Translations under genes and position numbers: made by a program
From: Mycolicibacterium smegmatis
Lineage (GTDB): Bacteria > Actinomycetota > Actinomycetes > Mycobacteriales > Mycobacteriaceae
Direction: 5' to 3'
Assembly (NCBI RefSeq): GCF_001457595.1
Contig: NZ_LN831039.1
Location: 6,750,001 to 6,782,000 of the forward strand
DNA length: 32,000 bases
Shown: piece by piece, positions 17,245 to 25,402 of the stretch
Layout: every line of letters begins with the position of its first letter
Numbering within the stretch: position 1 is the first letter of the stretch
Notes under the pieces: model-generated
Databases searched by the model: none
What the model saw: only the letters and a program-made list of their open reading frames with translations
What the model was told of the DNA's origin: nothing

Positions 17245-18716
17245 CGGCCGGCCTTCGCAAGGGCCTCGGGCGCCGATATCTCGATGTGCCGATCGGCCAG
17301 CAGGTCGGCGAAGTCGAGGTCGTGGGTCACGGCGACCACCGCGGTGCCCTCGTCGGCGATCTCGGCGAGCAGGCGCACCAGTTCCTCCCACGTGGTGCGG
17401 TCCTGCCCGAAGGTGGGCTCGTCGAGGACGATCAGCTCGGGCTGGGTCGCCAGGACCGTGGCCACCGACAGGCGCCGCTTCTGCCCACCGGACAGTGTGT
17501 AGGGGTTCACGTCGGCGAACTCGGTGAGGTGCAGCCGCTCCAGCAGCGCGTCACACACCGCGGTGATCGACGCCGGGTCGCGCTTGAGCGCACGCGGTCC
17601 GAGCGCCAACTCGTCGCGCACCCTGCCGGTGAGGAACTGGTGTTCGGGGTTCTGGAACACGCTGCCGATGCGGGTGAGCAGTTCGCGGGACCGCCAGCGC
17701 ACGGGCTCACGCCGGTGCGGTGCGGGCGCGAAAGCGGCCTCGGCGGAGAACCGACCGTCGCGTGGCGGCAGCAGACCGCCGAGTGTGAGTGCCAGCGCGG
17801 ACTTCCCGGCGCCGTTCGGTCCGGTGACCACGGTGGTCGCGGCCCGGTCGATGTCGAACGTGAGGCGTTCGGTGACCGGTCCCCCGCGGTACCCGACGGC
17901 CAGGTCGGCGGCCGAGAGCAACGCCTGCCCGGGGGCACCCGCGCGGGTGATGTGCGGCAGTTCGGCCCCGGGCACCCACACCCCGGCGCGGGTCAGCCGA
18001 TCACGTTGCTGTGCCAGAGTTTCCGCGGCCGGGCCGTCGGCGACGATCTCGCCTGCCGCACCCAGCACGATCACCCGGTCGACCACGGGAAGCCACACCG
18101 CGGTGCGGTGCTCGACGACGATCAGGGTGGCACCGGTCTGTTCGGCGGCCGCGGCGACAGCGTCGCGGACCTCGAGCACGCCTGCCGGGTCGAGGTTGGC
18201 GGTCGGCTCGTCGAGCAGGATCAGGCCCGGGTCCATCGCGAGCACGCCTGCGAGCGCCAGACGTTGCTGCTGCCCGCCGGAGAGATGGCCGGTGTCGTGC
18301 ATGAGCGGCAGCGCCAACCCCACCGCGGCGAGCGCGCGGCGCACGCGCGGCCAGATGGCCTGCGGCGCGACGTTGAAGTTCTCCATGCCGAACGCGACGT
18401 CGTCGCCCACGCGCGACAGGATGACCTGCGAGTCCGGGTTCTGCAGGACCATGCCGATGCGGTCGCGCCGCTGCGCGGGCGGCACCCCGTCGACCAGCAG
18501 GCGTCCCGCCTCATCGCCGTCCTCGCTGTCGCCGAGCACCCCGGCCAGGCCGTGCAGAAGTGTCGACTTTCCCGATCCGCTGGCACCGAGGAGCAGCACC
18601 CGCTCACCGGGTTCGATGGTCACGTCGAGATTCCGCAGCGCCCAGCGAGGGCGTCCGGCGTGACGCCAGGACCAACCCGATGCGGTGACGGCGACGCCGC
18701 CCTGCGGTGTGCTCAT
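17241..18716 (-). CDS. ECF transporter double-ATPase component (YkoD-like, two ABC NBDs)
   Basis: Two Walker A motifs (GASGSGKSTLL, GPNGAGKSALA), two LSGGQ signatures, two DEPT Walker B motifs; start MSTPQGGVAVTASGW at 18716 overlaps the S-component stop. Confidence 0.93.
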   Translation of the reverse strand: MSTPQGGVAVTASGWSWRHAGRPRWALRNLDVTIEPGERVLLLGASGSGKSTLLHGLAGVLGDSEDGDEAGRLLVDGVPPAQRRDRIGMVLQNPDSQVILSRVGDDVAFGMENFNVAPQAIWPRVRRALAAVGLALPLMHDTGHLSGGQQQRLALAGVLAMDPGLILLDEPTANLDPAGVLEVRDAVAAAAEQTGATLIVVEHRTAVWLPVVDRVIVLGAAGEIVADGPAAETLAQQRDRLTRAGVWVPGAELPHITRAGAPGQALLSAADLAVGYRGGPVTERLTFDIDRAATTVVTGPNGAGKSALALTLGGLLPPRDGRFSAEAAFAPAPHRREPVRWRSRELLTRIGSVFQNPEHQFLTGRVRDELALGPRALKRDPASITAVCDALLERLHLTEFADVNPYTLSGGQKRRLSVATVLATQPELIVLDEPTFGQDRTTWEELVRLLAEIADEGTAVVAVTHDLDFADLLADRHIEISAPEALAKAGR

Positions 18717-19342
18717 CTTGCCGCGGTGCGGCCGGACGCGAACCGGGACAGGGCGCCGGTCCTGGCCAGGCCCCGTACCGCGTACCATGACAGCGCCCCG
18801 GCCACGAGCGCGCCGGACACGACGGCCGAGACCGTGTAGATCAGCGTGAACGCCGCTGCCGACCCGGGGTACCAGAGGATGAGATCGTTGATCGCCAGCG
18901 CGAGCCCGGCGACCGCACCGGACAGGATCGCGACCGGCAGGTTCCACACCCGGTACAGGAACACCGCGAACACGAGTTCGGCGCCGATTCCCTGGACCAG
19001 TCCCGATTCGAGCGTGAGCACACCCCACTGGTTGCCGACCAGCGCTGACACGGTCGCGGCGACCAGTTCGCCGTAGAGCGCGGCGCCCGGCTTGCGGATG
19101 ACCAGTGCGGTGAGCACACCGGCGAACAGCCACCCGCCCCCGAGCAGGGCCTGCAGTCCGGGCAGCGCCGCCGACAGCGGCGCACCGATCGGGTTGGACG
19201 CGATGTTCCACATCACGAAAACCAGGCCAGCGGCGACCGCGAGCACGCTGGCCACCACGATGTCGACGACGCGCCACCGGTAGGTGCGGGGACGGTCCTG
19301 TGGGACGAAGGGCCCGGAATCGGATCGGGAAACATCGGTCAT
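18713..19342 (-). CDS. ECF transporter S component, YkoE-like (thiamine or thiamine-precursor)
   Basis: VVDIVVASVLAVAAGLVFVMWNIASNPIGAPLSAALPGLQALLGGGWLFAGVLTALVIRKPGAALYGELVAATVSALVGNQWG typical of YkoE; TPP riboswitch immediately upstream. Confidence 0.9.
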   Translation of the reverse strand: MTDVSRSDSGPFVPQDRPRTYRWRVVDIVVASVLAVAAGLVFVMWNIASNPIGAPLSAALPGLQALLGGGWLFAGVLTALVIRKPGAALYGELVAATVSALVGNQWGVLTLESGLVQGIGAELVFAVFLYRVWNLPVAILSGAVAGLALAINDLILWYPGSAAAFTLIYTVSAVVSGALVAGALSWYAVRGLARTGALSRFASGRTAAR

Positions 19343-19349
19343 CAGTTCA

Positions 19350-19436
19350 CACTCCCTACGCCGGCATTACCCGGACAGGTTCATACGGTCGACGGCCCTC
19401 AGCCGTCCTCTCAGCGCACTCGGTGTGCACTCCCGC
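19350..19436 (-). promoter_or_regulatory. TPP riboswitch (THI element)
   Basis: Minus strand CGGGAGTGCACACCGAGTGCGCTGAGAGGACGGCTGAGGGCCGTCGACCGTATGAACCTGTCCGGGTAATGCCGGCGTAGGGAGTGT contains the conserved CTGAGAG, GAACCTG, CGGGTAATGCCGGCG and AGGGAG elements. Confidence 0.95.
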
Positions 19437-19561
19437 GTGGGTTGTTCAGGCATCAACGTACCCGAAATCGGCCGCTGTGCGCTTACCGATGGTTTTGTCG
19501 GGGTACCCCTCACCGTCCCCTGCGCGGTACGAGGGGATCGCGAGGGAACACGGAGGACGAG

Positions 19562-20908
19562 ATGACGGCAGAGGCGACAGCACACGAGCACACCGGGGAC
19601 ACGGCAGACAGCAAGCTCGCCCGCAAGATCACCGGGCCGCTGCTGTTCCTGTTCATTCTCGGCGACGTGCTGGGGGCAGGCGTGTATGCGCTGATGGGCG
19701 TGCTGGCGGGCAAAGTCGGCGGCGCACTGTGGGCACCACTGCTCGCCGCGCTGATGTTGGCCCTGCTCACCGCGGGGTCCTACGCCGAGCTCGTCACCAA
19801 GTACCCGAAGGCCGGGGGTGCCGCGGTCTTCGCCGAGCGGGCCTTCAAGCAGCCCCTGGTGTCGTTCCTGGTCGGCTTCAGCATGCTGGCGGCGGGCGTG
19901 ACCAGCGCGGCCGGTCTGTCGCTGGCGTTCGCCGGTGACTATCTCGCGACGTTCATCGACGTGCCCGCGGTGCCCGCCGCGATCGTGTTCCTCGCGCTCG
20001 TCGGGGCGCTCAACGCCCGCGGCATCAGCGAGTCGGTCAAGAGCAACGTCGTGATGACGGTCATCGAACTCAGCGGCCTGCTGATCGTGATCATCGCGGG
20101 TGCGGTGATGGTCGGTGGCGGACGCGGCGATCTCGGCAGGCTCGGCGAGTTCCCGGAGAGCACGGCTCCTGCGGTGGCGATCCTGGCAGGCGCGATCATC
20201 GCGTACTACTCGTTCGTCGGGTTCGAGACGTCGGCCAACGTGGCCGAGGAGATCCGCAACCCCAGCAAGGTGTATCCGGCGGCGTTGTTCGGGTCGCTCA
20301 TCACCGCCGGCGTCGTGTACGTGCTCGTCGGCATGGCGAGTGCCGCGGTGCTCGCACCCGACGAGCTGGCCGCCTCCTCGGGGCCCCTGCTCGAGGTGGT
20401 GTCCGAGTCGGGCCTGGGAGTGCCCGACTGGGTGTTCAGCGCGATCGCGCTCATCGCCGTCGCCAACGGCGCCCTGCTGACGATGATCATGGCGAGCCGG
20501 CTGGCCTTCGGGATGGCCGAACATCGTCTGCTGCCAAGCGTTCTCAGCCGCGTGCTGACCAAGCGGCGCACGCCGTGGGTCGCGATCGTCGCGACCACCG
20601 CGGTGGCCATGGTGCTCACCGCGATCGGCGAGTTGTCGACGCTGGCCGAGACCGTGGTGCTGCTTCTGCTGTTCGTGTTCACGGCTACCAACATCGCGGT
20701 CCTCGTGCTGCGCCGAGACACCGTGGAGCACGATCATTTCCGGGTGTGGACGGCGGTCCCGGTGCTCGGCGTCGCGTCATGTGTGCTGCTGATGACGCAG
20801 CAGACGGCCAAGGTGTGGATGTTCGCGGGAATCCTCATGGCCGTCGGTGTGGTGCTCTACTTCGTCGCGCGCGCCGCGACCAACCGTACAGCGGACGAAA
20901 CCGTCTGA
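19562..20908 (+). CDS. APC-family amino acid permease
   Basis: LARKITGPLLFLFILGDVLGAGVYALMGVLAGKVGGALWAPLLAALMLALLTAGSYAEL; 12-TM pattern; GAGG ribosome-binding site. Confidence 0.9.
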   Translation: MTAEATAHEHTGDTADSKLARKITGPLLFLFILGDVLGAGVYALMGVLAGKVGGALWAPLLAALMLALLTAGSYAELVTKYPKAGGAAVFAERAFKQPLVSFLVGFSMLAAGVTSAAGLSLAFAGDYLATFIDVPAVPAAIVFLALVGALNARGISESVKSNVVMTVIELSGLLIVIIAGAVMVGGGRGDLGRLGEFPESTAPAVAILAGAIIAYYSFVGFETSANVAEEIRNPSKVYPAALFGSLITAGVVYVLVGMASAAVLAPDELAASSGPLLEVVSESGLGVPDWVFSAIALIAVANGALLTMIMASRLAFGMAEHRLLPSVLSRVLTKRRTPWVAIVATTAVAMVLTAIGELSTLAETVVLLLLFVFTATNIAVLVLRRDTVEHDHFRVWTAVPVLGVASCVLLMTQQTAKVWMFAGILMAVGVVLYFVARAATNRTADETV

Positions 20909-20911
20909 TCT

Positions 20912-21400
20912 GTGCAGACTTTCCTTCCCTGTCCGGATTTCGCCGATACCGCGCGCGTGCTCGATCCACGACGGCTGGGCAAGCAGCGCGCCGAGACCAT
21001 CCAGGTGTTGCGTGCGCTCACCGTGCCCGGGTACGGGTGGCGGCATCACCCGGCCGCGGCGATGTGGGCGGGTTACGAGGAGGCCCTGGTGCGCTACGGC
21101 CTTGTGGTCTGCGAGGAATGGATCGCCCGCGGTCATCAGGACGCCAGCACCGCGACGCTTCTCGCCCACCTGCAGACCGGAACGGGTCTGGCCACCGTGC
21201 GTGACCAGGAAGCGCTGGCGCGCACTCACGATCTGCCACCGTGGCTCGGGGACAAGGCGTTTCACCTCAGCCACCAATCCTCGCTGCTGCGCAAGGATCC
21301 GGTGCACTACGGCCCCTACTTTCCCGGTGTCCCCGATGACCTGCCGTACGTGTGGCCCAGATCGGACCGCGAACGGCGCGTGCCGATCACCAGCGTTTGA
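20912..21400 (+). CDS. MSMEG_6728-like protein, resembling the pyrimidine dimer DNA glycosylase-associated family
   Basis: GTG start 4 nt after the permease stop; MQTFLPCPDFADTARVLDPRRLGKQRAETIQVLRALT...GWRHHPAAAMWAGYEEAL. Confidence 0.75.
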   Translation: MQTFLPCPDFADTARVLDPRRLGKQRAETIQVLRALTVPGYGWRHHPAAAMWAGYEEALVRYGLVVCEEWIARGHQDASTATLLAHLQTGTGLATVRDQEALARTHDLPPWLGDKAFHLSHQSSLLRKDPVHYGPYFPGVPDDLPYVWPRSDRERRVPITSV

Positions 21401-21403
21401 GAG

Positions 21404-21430
21404 TGGGGGGACGAGACGCACCCCCTCACA
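21404..21430. terminator. Weak G/C-rich hairpin, possible terminator
   Basis: GTGGGGGG...CCCCCTCAC arms downstream of the 21400 stop; imperfect, no T-tract. Confidence 0.3.
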
Positions 21431-21495
21431 CGTCGCGGCGCGGACCTAGCTTGGGACCGAACCACCCGAACGACCTGAGTAGGAAAAGGGCGCCC

Positions 21496-22401
21496 ATGAC
21501 CGCCACTGTGCATCGCGACACCTTCGAGATCGCCGGAAAGACCGTGTCACGCCTCGGTTTCGGCACAATGCGTTTCACCGGACGCGGAATCTGGGGTGAA
21601 CCCGCCGACCGGGCCGAGTGCATCGCGGTCATGCGGCGCGCCGTGGAACTCGGCGTGCAGTTCATCGACACCGCGAACTCCTACGGGCCGTACGTCGCCG
21701 AGGAGATCATCAGGGAGGCGCTGTACCCGTATGCCGACGACATCGTCATCGCGACCAAGGCGGGTCTGACCCGCAACGGTCCCGACGTGATCGACACCGC
21801 AGAGGGCCCAAAGCGCCTCGGCCCCGCGGCATGGCCGCCCGTGGGGCGTCCCGAGTACCTGCGGCAAGAGGCTCTGATGAGCCTGCGCCGGCTCGGGCTC
21901 GATCAGATCGACCTGTTCCAACTGCACCGCATCGACCCCAAGGTGCCGCTGGCCGACCAGGTCGGTGAACTCAAGGCACTTCAGGACGAGGGCAAGATCG
22001 TCGCGATCGGGTTGTCACAGGTCACCCCGGAACAGCTCGCCGAGGCGCATCAGATCGCCGAGATCGTCACGGTGCAAAACCGATTCAACGTCATCGACCG
22101 CAGTTCCCAGGCGGTGCTGGACATCTGCGAACGCGACGGCCTCGGGTTCATCCCCTGGGCCCCGGTCGCACAGGGTGGTCTGGGACAGGCCGGTGACGTC
22201 CTCGCCGAGATCGCCCGCGCACACGGATGTTCCGTGGAGCAGGTGGCGATCGCGTGGTTGCTGCGGGTGTCGCCGGTGATGCTGCCGATCCCCGGCACGT
22301 CCCAACGCAAGCATCTGGAGGAGAACCTGGCCGCTGCCCGTGTTCAGCTGAGTGCGGACGAGGTGGCCCGGCTGTCGCGATCGGGCACCGCGGGTATCTG
22401 A
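21496..22401 (+). CDS. Aldo/keto reductase
   Basis: VSRLGFGTMRFTGRGIWG, FIDTANSYG, GKIVAIGLSQV, IPGTSQRKHLEENLAAA. Confidence 0.93.
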   Translation: MTATVHRDTFEIAGKTVSRLGFGTMRFTGRGIWGEPADRAECIAVMRRAVELGVQFIDTANSYGPYVAEEIIREALYPYADDIVIATKAGLTRNGPDVIDTAEGPKRLGPAAWPPVGRPEYLRQEALMSLRRLGLDQIDLFQLHRIDPKVPLADQVGELKALQDEGKIVAIGLSQVTPEQLAEAHQIAEIVTVQNRFNVIDRSSQAVLDICERDGLGFIPWAPVAQGGLGQAGDVLAEIARAHGCSVEQVAIAWLLRVSPVMLPIPGTSQRKHLEENLAAARVQLSADEVARLSRSGTAGI

Positions 22402-23225
22402 GTGCTGTCCTGGTACGGGCAGTAGACGAACAATCGCTGGTCCGGCGCGTCGGCGACTTCCATCGACTCGTAGTGCAGGTGCAGCACACCGAGTTCGGGA
22501 TGCCGGAAGGTCTTGTCCTCGCTGGTGCGTGGCCGCACGGTGTAGGTGTCCCACAGCGACGCGAACACCGCGCTGCAACCCGAGATCTCGTCGACCACGT
22601 CGGTGATACGCCGGTCGTCGGGAAACGTGGTCAGGCCCGCGCGGAGGTTCCCGACCACCTGGGTCGCCACCTCGTCCCAGTCGACGTAGAAGTCCCGGCC
22701 CGCCGGGTCGAGGAAGACCATGTGCGCGAGGTTGTCGGTCTGCCCGAACCCGTCGTACAGCACGGTCGCATAGGGATTCATGGCCAGGATGTTCAGGCCG
22801 GGATCGACGATCAGCGCAGGCACGTGCAGGCCCTGCTCCAGGATCAGGTGCATCCCCGCCGAGACCGTCCGGTTGGGCTCCCTGATCTTCGCGTGCGGCG
22901 CGGGGTGCACCAACCCGATGAGATAAGCCGTGGCCGGGGCGTCCATGCGCAGTGCCCGCGCGAGCGCGTTGAGCACCTGAACCGACGGATGTTCCTCGCG
23001 TCCCTGCTCGAGTCTGCGGTAGTAGTCGGTGCTCACCCCGGCGAGCAGCGCGACCTCCTCGCGCCGCAGTCCACGCACCCGGCGATCCGCGCCGGCCGCC
23101 AGGCCGGCGTCCTCGGGCGTCACCGCGTCACGACGCGCCCGCAGGAAAGCGCCCAACTCGCTGGGGCGCCCATCGGGTCGCCCGTTGAGCCGCCCGTTGG
23201 GTCGACCGTTGCGTCGATGAGCCAT
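22344..23225 (-). CDS. XRE/MmyB-like helix-turn-helix regulator
   Basis: LGAFLRARRDAVTPEDAGL..., VRGLRREEVALLAGVSTDYYRRLEQGREEHPSVQVLNALARAL, MmyB-like ligand-binding region (NILAMNPYATVLY, FVDWDEVATQVVGNLRA, HPELGVLHLHYESMEV). Confidence 0.92.
   Translation of the reverse strand: MAHRRNGRPNGRLNGRPDGRPSELGAFLRARRDAVTPEDAGLAAGADRRVRGLRREEVALLAGVSTDYYRRLEQGREEHPSVQVLNALARALRMDAPATAYLIGLVHPAPHAKIREPNRTVSAGMHLILEQGLHVPALIVDPGLNILAMNPYATVLYDGFGQTDNLAHMVFLDPAGRDFYVDWDEVATQVVGNLRAGLTTFPDDRRITDVVDEISGCSAVFASLWDTYTVRPRTSEDKTFRHPELGVLHLHYESMEVADAPDQRLFVYCPYQDSTQIPAVPDRDSRATSSALS
23163..23210 (-). repeat. Four 12-bp units encoding N/D-G-R-P/L near the XRE regulator N-terminus
   Basis: Minus strand AACGGTCGACCC AACGGGCGGCTC AACGGGCGACCC GATGGGCGCCCC. 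Confidence 0.75.
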
Positions 23226-23280
23226 GCCGTCACGCTAACCCCATCGCGCCCCGCTCGAGTTCCAAGGCTTGTGCGTCTAC

Positions 23281-23294
23281 CTACCAATAGGTAG
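23281..23294. promoter_or_regulatory. TetR operator-like palindrome, site 1
   Basis: CTACC-AATA-GGTAG, 10 bp upstream of the TetR start codon. Confidence 0.7.
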
Positions 23295-23303
23295 TCTATC
23301 GAC

Positions 23304-23882
23304 ATGCCCGCGACGACCGACACCGCCGACGAGATCCTTCGCTGCGCACGCACACTGATCATCATCGGCGGGTACAACGGCTTCAGCTATGCCGACATCG
23401 CCGCCGTCATCGGCATCCGCAAGGCGAGCATCCACCACCACTTCCCCACCAAGGTCGATCTGGTCCGCACGCTTCTGCAGAACTACCGCGCCGAGGTCGA
23501 GGCCGGTATCGCCGAGTTCGAACGCCGATATCCGAACCCCGTCGACCAGCTGCGCGCCTACGTCGGCTACTGGGAGTCCTGCGTAGGCGATCCCACCACG
23601 AGCTTCTGTGTATGCGCGCTGCTCGCGACGCAGATACCGGTCCTGCCGCAGGAACTCGTGCTGGAGTTGCGCGCACACTTCCGTGCGCTGTCGGCGTGGT
23701 TGACCTCGGCGCTCGAACGCGGCGCCAGGATGGGTGCCGTGGCCCTGACCACCACCGCTCACGCCGAGGCCGAGACATTCATGGCAACCATGCACGGTGC
23801 GATGCTCTCGGCACGCGCCTACGGCGACCCCGCGATCTTCCGCGAGATCACCACGCCCCTCGTCGGTCGCCTCGCCGCCTGA
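23304..23882 (+). CDS. TetR/AcrR-family transcriptional regulator
   Basis: ADEILRCARTLIIIGGYNGFSYADIAAVIGIRKASIHHHFPTKVDLVRTLL HTH and variable C-terminal domain. Confidence 0.93.
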   Translation: MPATTDTADEILRCARTLIIIGGYNGFSYADIAAVIGIRKASIHHHFPTKVDLVRTLLQNYRAEVEAGIAEFERRYPNPVDQLRAYVGYWESCVGDPTTSFCVCALLATQIPVLPQELVLELRAHFRALSAWLTSALERGARMGAVALTTTAHAEAETFMATMHGAMLSARAYGDPAIFREITTPLVGRLAA

Positions 23883-23953
23883 GCCGACCGCAACACCGAC
23901 CCCCGACCCACCCCCTGCCCGCCCGGCCTGCGCCTCCGTGCGCCACCAACTCC

Positions 23954-23967
23954 CTACCTACTGGTAG
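23954..23967. promoter_or_regulatory. TetR operator-like palindrome, site 2
   Basis: CTACC-TACT-GGTAG, identical half-sites and spacing to site 1, 33 bp upstream of the 24001 start. Confidence 0.7.
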
Positions 23968-24000
23968 ATAGAAAACCGCTCGACTACGAACAGGAAACCC

Positions 24001-24591
24001 ATGGCCAGTCACACCACTCAGCACCCCCGCCCGAGTACAGCCGTCACCGACGACCAGTGGCTGCAGACCTACTACCTGTTGCGCGCCGCCGTCGCCGGGG
24101 TCTGGGTGGCCGCCGCGTTCATCGTCGGCACCCAGGTGTCCACGGTCGCCGCGGTGCTGCTGCTCATCTACCCGGCGTGGGACGCGGTCGCGAACTACAT
24201 CGACGCGCAACGCACCGGCGGCCTGACCCAGAACCCCACGCAGTCGCTCAACGTGGCGGTCAGCCTGCTCACCACCGTGGCCGTCGCGATCGGCCTCGCG
24301 ATGAGCATGAACGCCGTGCTCGGCGTTTTCGGCGTGTGGGCATCCCTGTCCGGGATCTTCCAGCTCGCGACCGGTGTGCGCCGCTGGAAGGGCCATGGCG
24401 CACAGTGGGCGATGATCCTCAGCGGTGCGCAGTCCGCACTTGTCGGCGTGACATTCCTCAAGCAGGCGAACGCACCCGAGGTCCCCGGCATCGCCGACAT
24501 CGCGCCCTACGCCGCGTTCGGTGCGCTCTACTTCCTCATCTCGGCCGTGTGGCTGCTGGTCGCCGAGGCGCGCCGCCGGCTGCCGGCCTGA
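24001..24591 (+). CDS. Integral membrane protein, DUF308/HdeD-like
   Basis: 196 aa with about 6 hydrophobic helices; ATG after AGGAAACCC. Confidence 0.7.
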   Translation: MASHTTQHPRPSTAVTDDQWLQTYYLLRAAVAGVWVAAAFIVGTQVSTVAAVLLLIYPAWDAVANYIDAQRTGGLTQNPTQSLNVAVSLLTTVAVAIGLAMSMNAVLGVFGVWASLSGIFQLATGVRRWKGHGAQWAMILSGAQSALVGVTFLKQANAPEVPGIADIAPYAAFGALYFLISAVWLLVAEARRRLPA

Positions 24592-25386
24592 TCACTTCAG
24601 GCGATACAACTCCGGACGCCGGTGGCGCAGGTAGTCGACGTCGTCTTCGGTGGAAGTGGCGGTGGCCGGTGTCACCCGGCACCGCGCCACCGACACCTCG
24701 CCGCCGCATTCGACGAGCAGCTCCCCGCCTGCGTCGACCACCCTCGAACCGCCGACGAACGTCAGCCCGGCCTCGGCCCCGATGAGGTTGGAGTAGACCA
24801 GCGGAGTGCGGTTCTCCAACGCCCGCGACAGGCACGCGACACGGTGGTCGTGGTGATACGGGAACATGTTGGCCGACGAGACGACGAACAGGTCGACCCC
24901 CGAGAGCGCCAATGTGCGTGCGATCTCCGGGAATTCGACGTCGAAGCAGATCATCGGCCCGACCCGCAGCCCGTCCACCTCGATGACCTCGAGGCGGTCC
25001 CCGGTCGCGAAGGCCTCACATTCCGCACCGAACAGGTGCGTCTTGCGATACACCCCTGCCACCGCACCGGTGCGGTCGATGCACAGCAGCGAGTTGTACA
25101 CCAGATCGCCTGAGCGCTCGGCAAATCCGGTGACCACCGCGGTGTCGTGCGCGGCGGCGGCCGCGCACAGGTCGGCCACCGGCCCCGGCTCGGGGATCAT
25201 TTCGATCGCGGCGTCGGCCACGACGTCGAGTCGGTATCCGCACAGGAACAACTCGGGGAACACGACGAGGTCCGCGCCCGGGTGCTTGGCGAGCGCCGCC
25301 ACCGCACGGCGTACGTTGGCGGCGACGTCGCCGGCCACCGCGGGTTCCTGGACCACCGCCACATCGACGGTGCGCAAGTCAGTCAC
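24592..25386 (-). CDS. Carbon-nitrogen (nitrilase superfamily) hydrolase
   Basis: LVVFPELFLCGY (Glu), YRKTHLFGAECEAFATGD (Lys), VGPMICFDVEFPEIARTLAL (Cys): full catalytic triad context. Confidence 0.92.
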   Translation of the reverse strand: MTDLRTVDVAVVQEPAVAGDVAANVRRAVAALAKHPGADLVVFPELFLCGYRLDVVADAAIEMIPEPGPVADLCAAAAAHDTAVVTGFAERSGDLVYNSLLCIDRTGAVAGVYRKTHLFGAECEAFATGDRLEVIEVDGLRVGPMICFDVEFPEIARTLALSGVDLFVVSSANMFPYHHDHRVACLSRALENRTPLVYSNLIGAEAGLTFVGGSRVVDAGGELLVECGGEVSVARCRVTPATATSTEDDVDYLRHRRPELYRLK

Positions 25387-25402
25387 TCCGTGAGGCTAGC
25401 GC

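Noticed and set aside
18717-19277. N-terminal extension of the 678-aa ATPase ORF
   Set aside because: It is an alternative-frame read through the S-component gene; the start at 18716 gives the normal coupled arrangement.
22227-23294. 355-aa plus-strand ORF
   Set aside because: Antisense shadow of the well-supported XRE regulator; composition is not protein-like.
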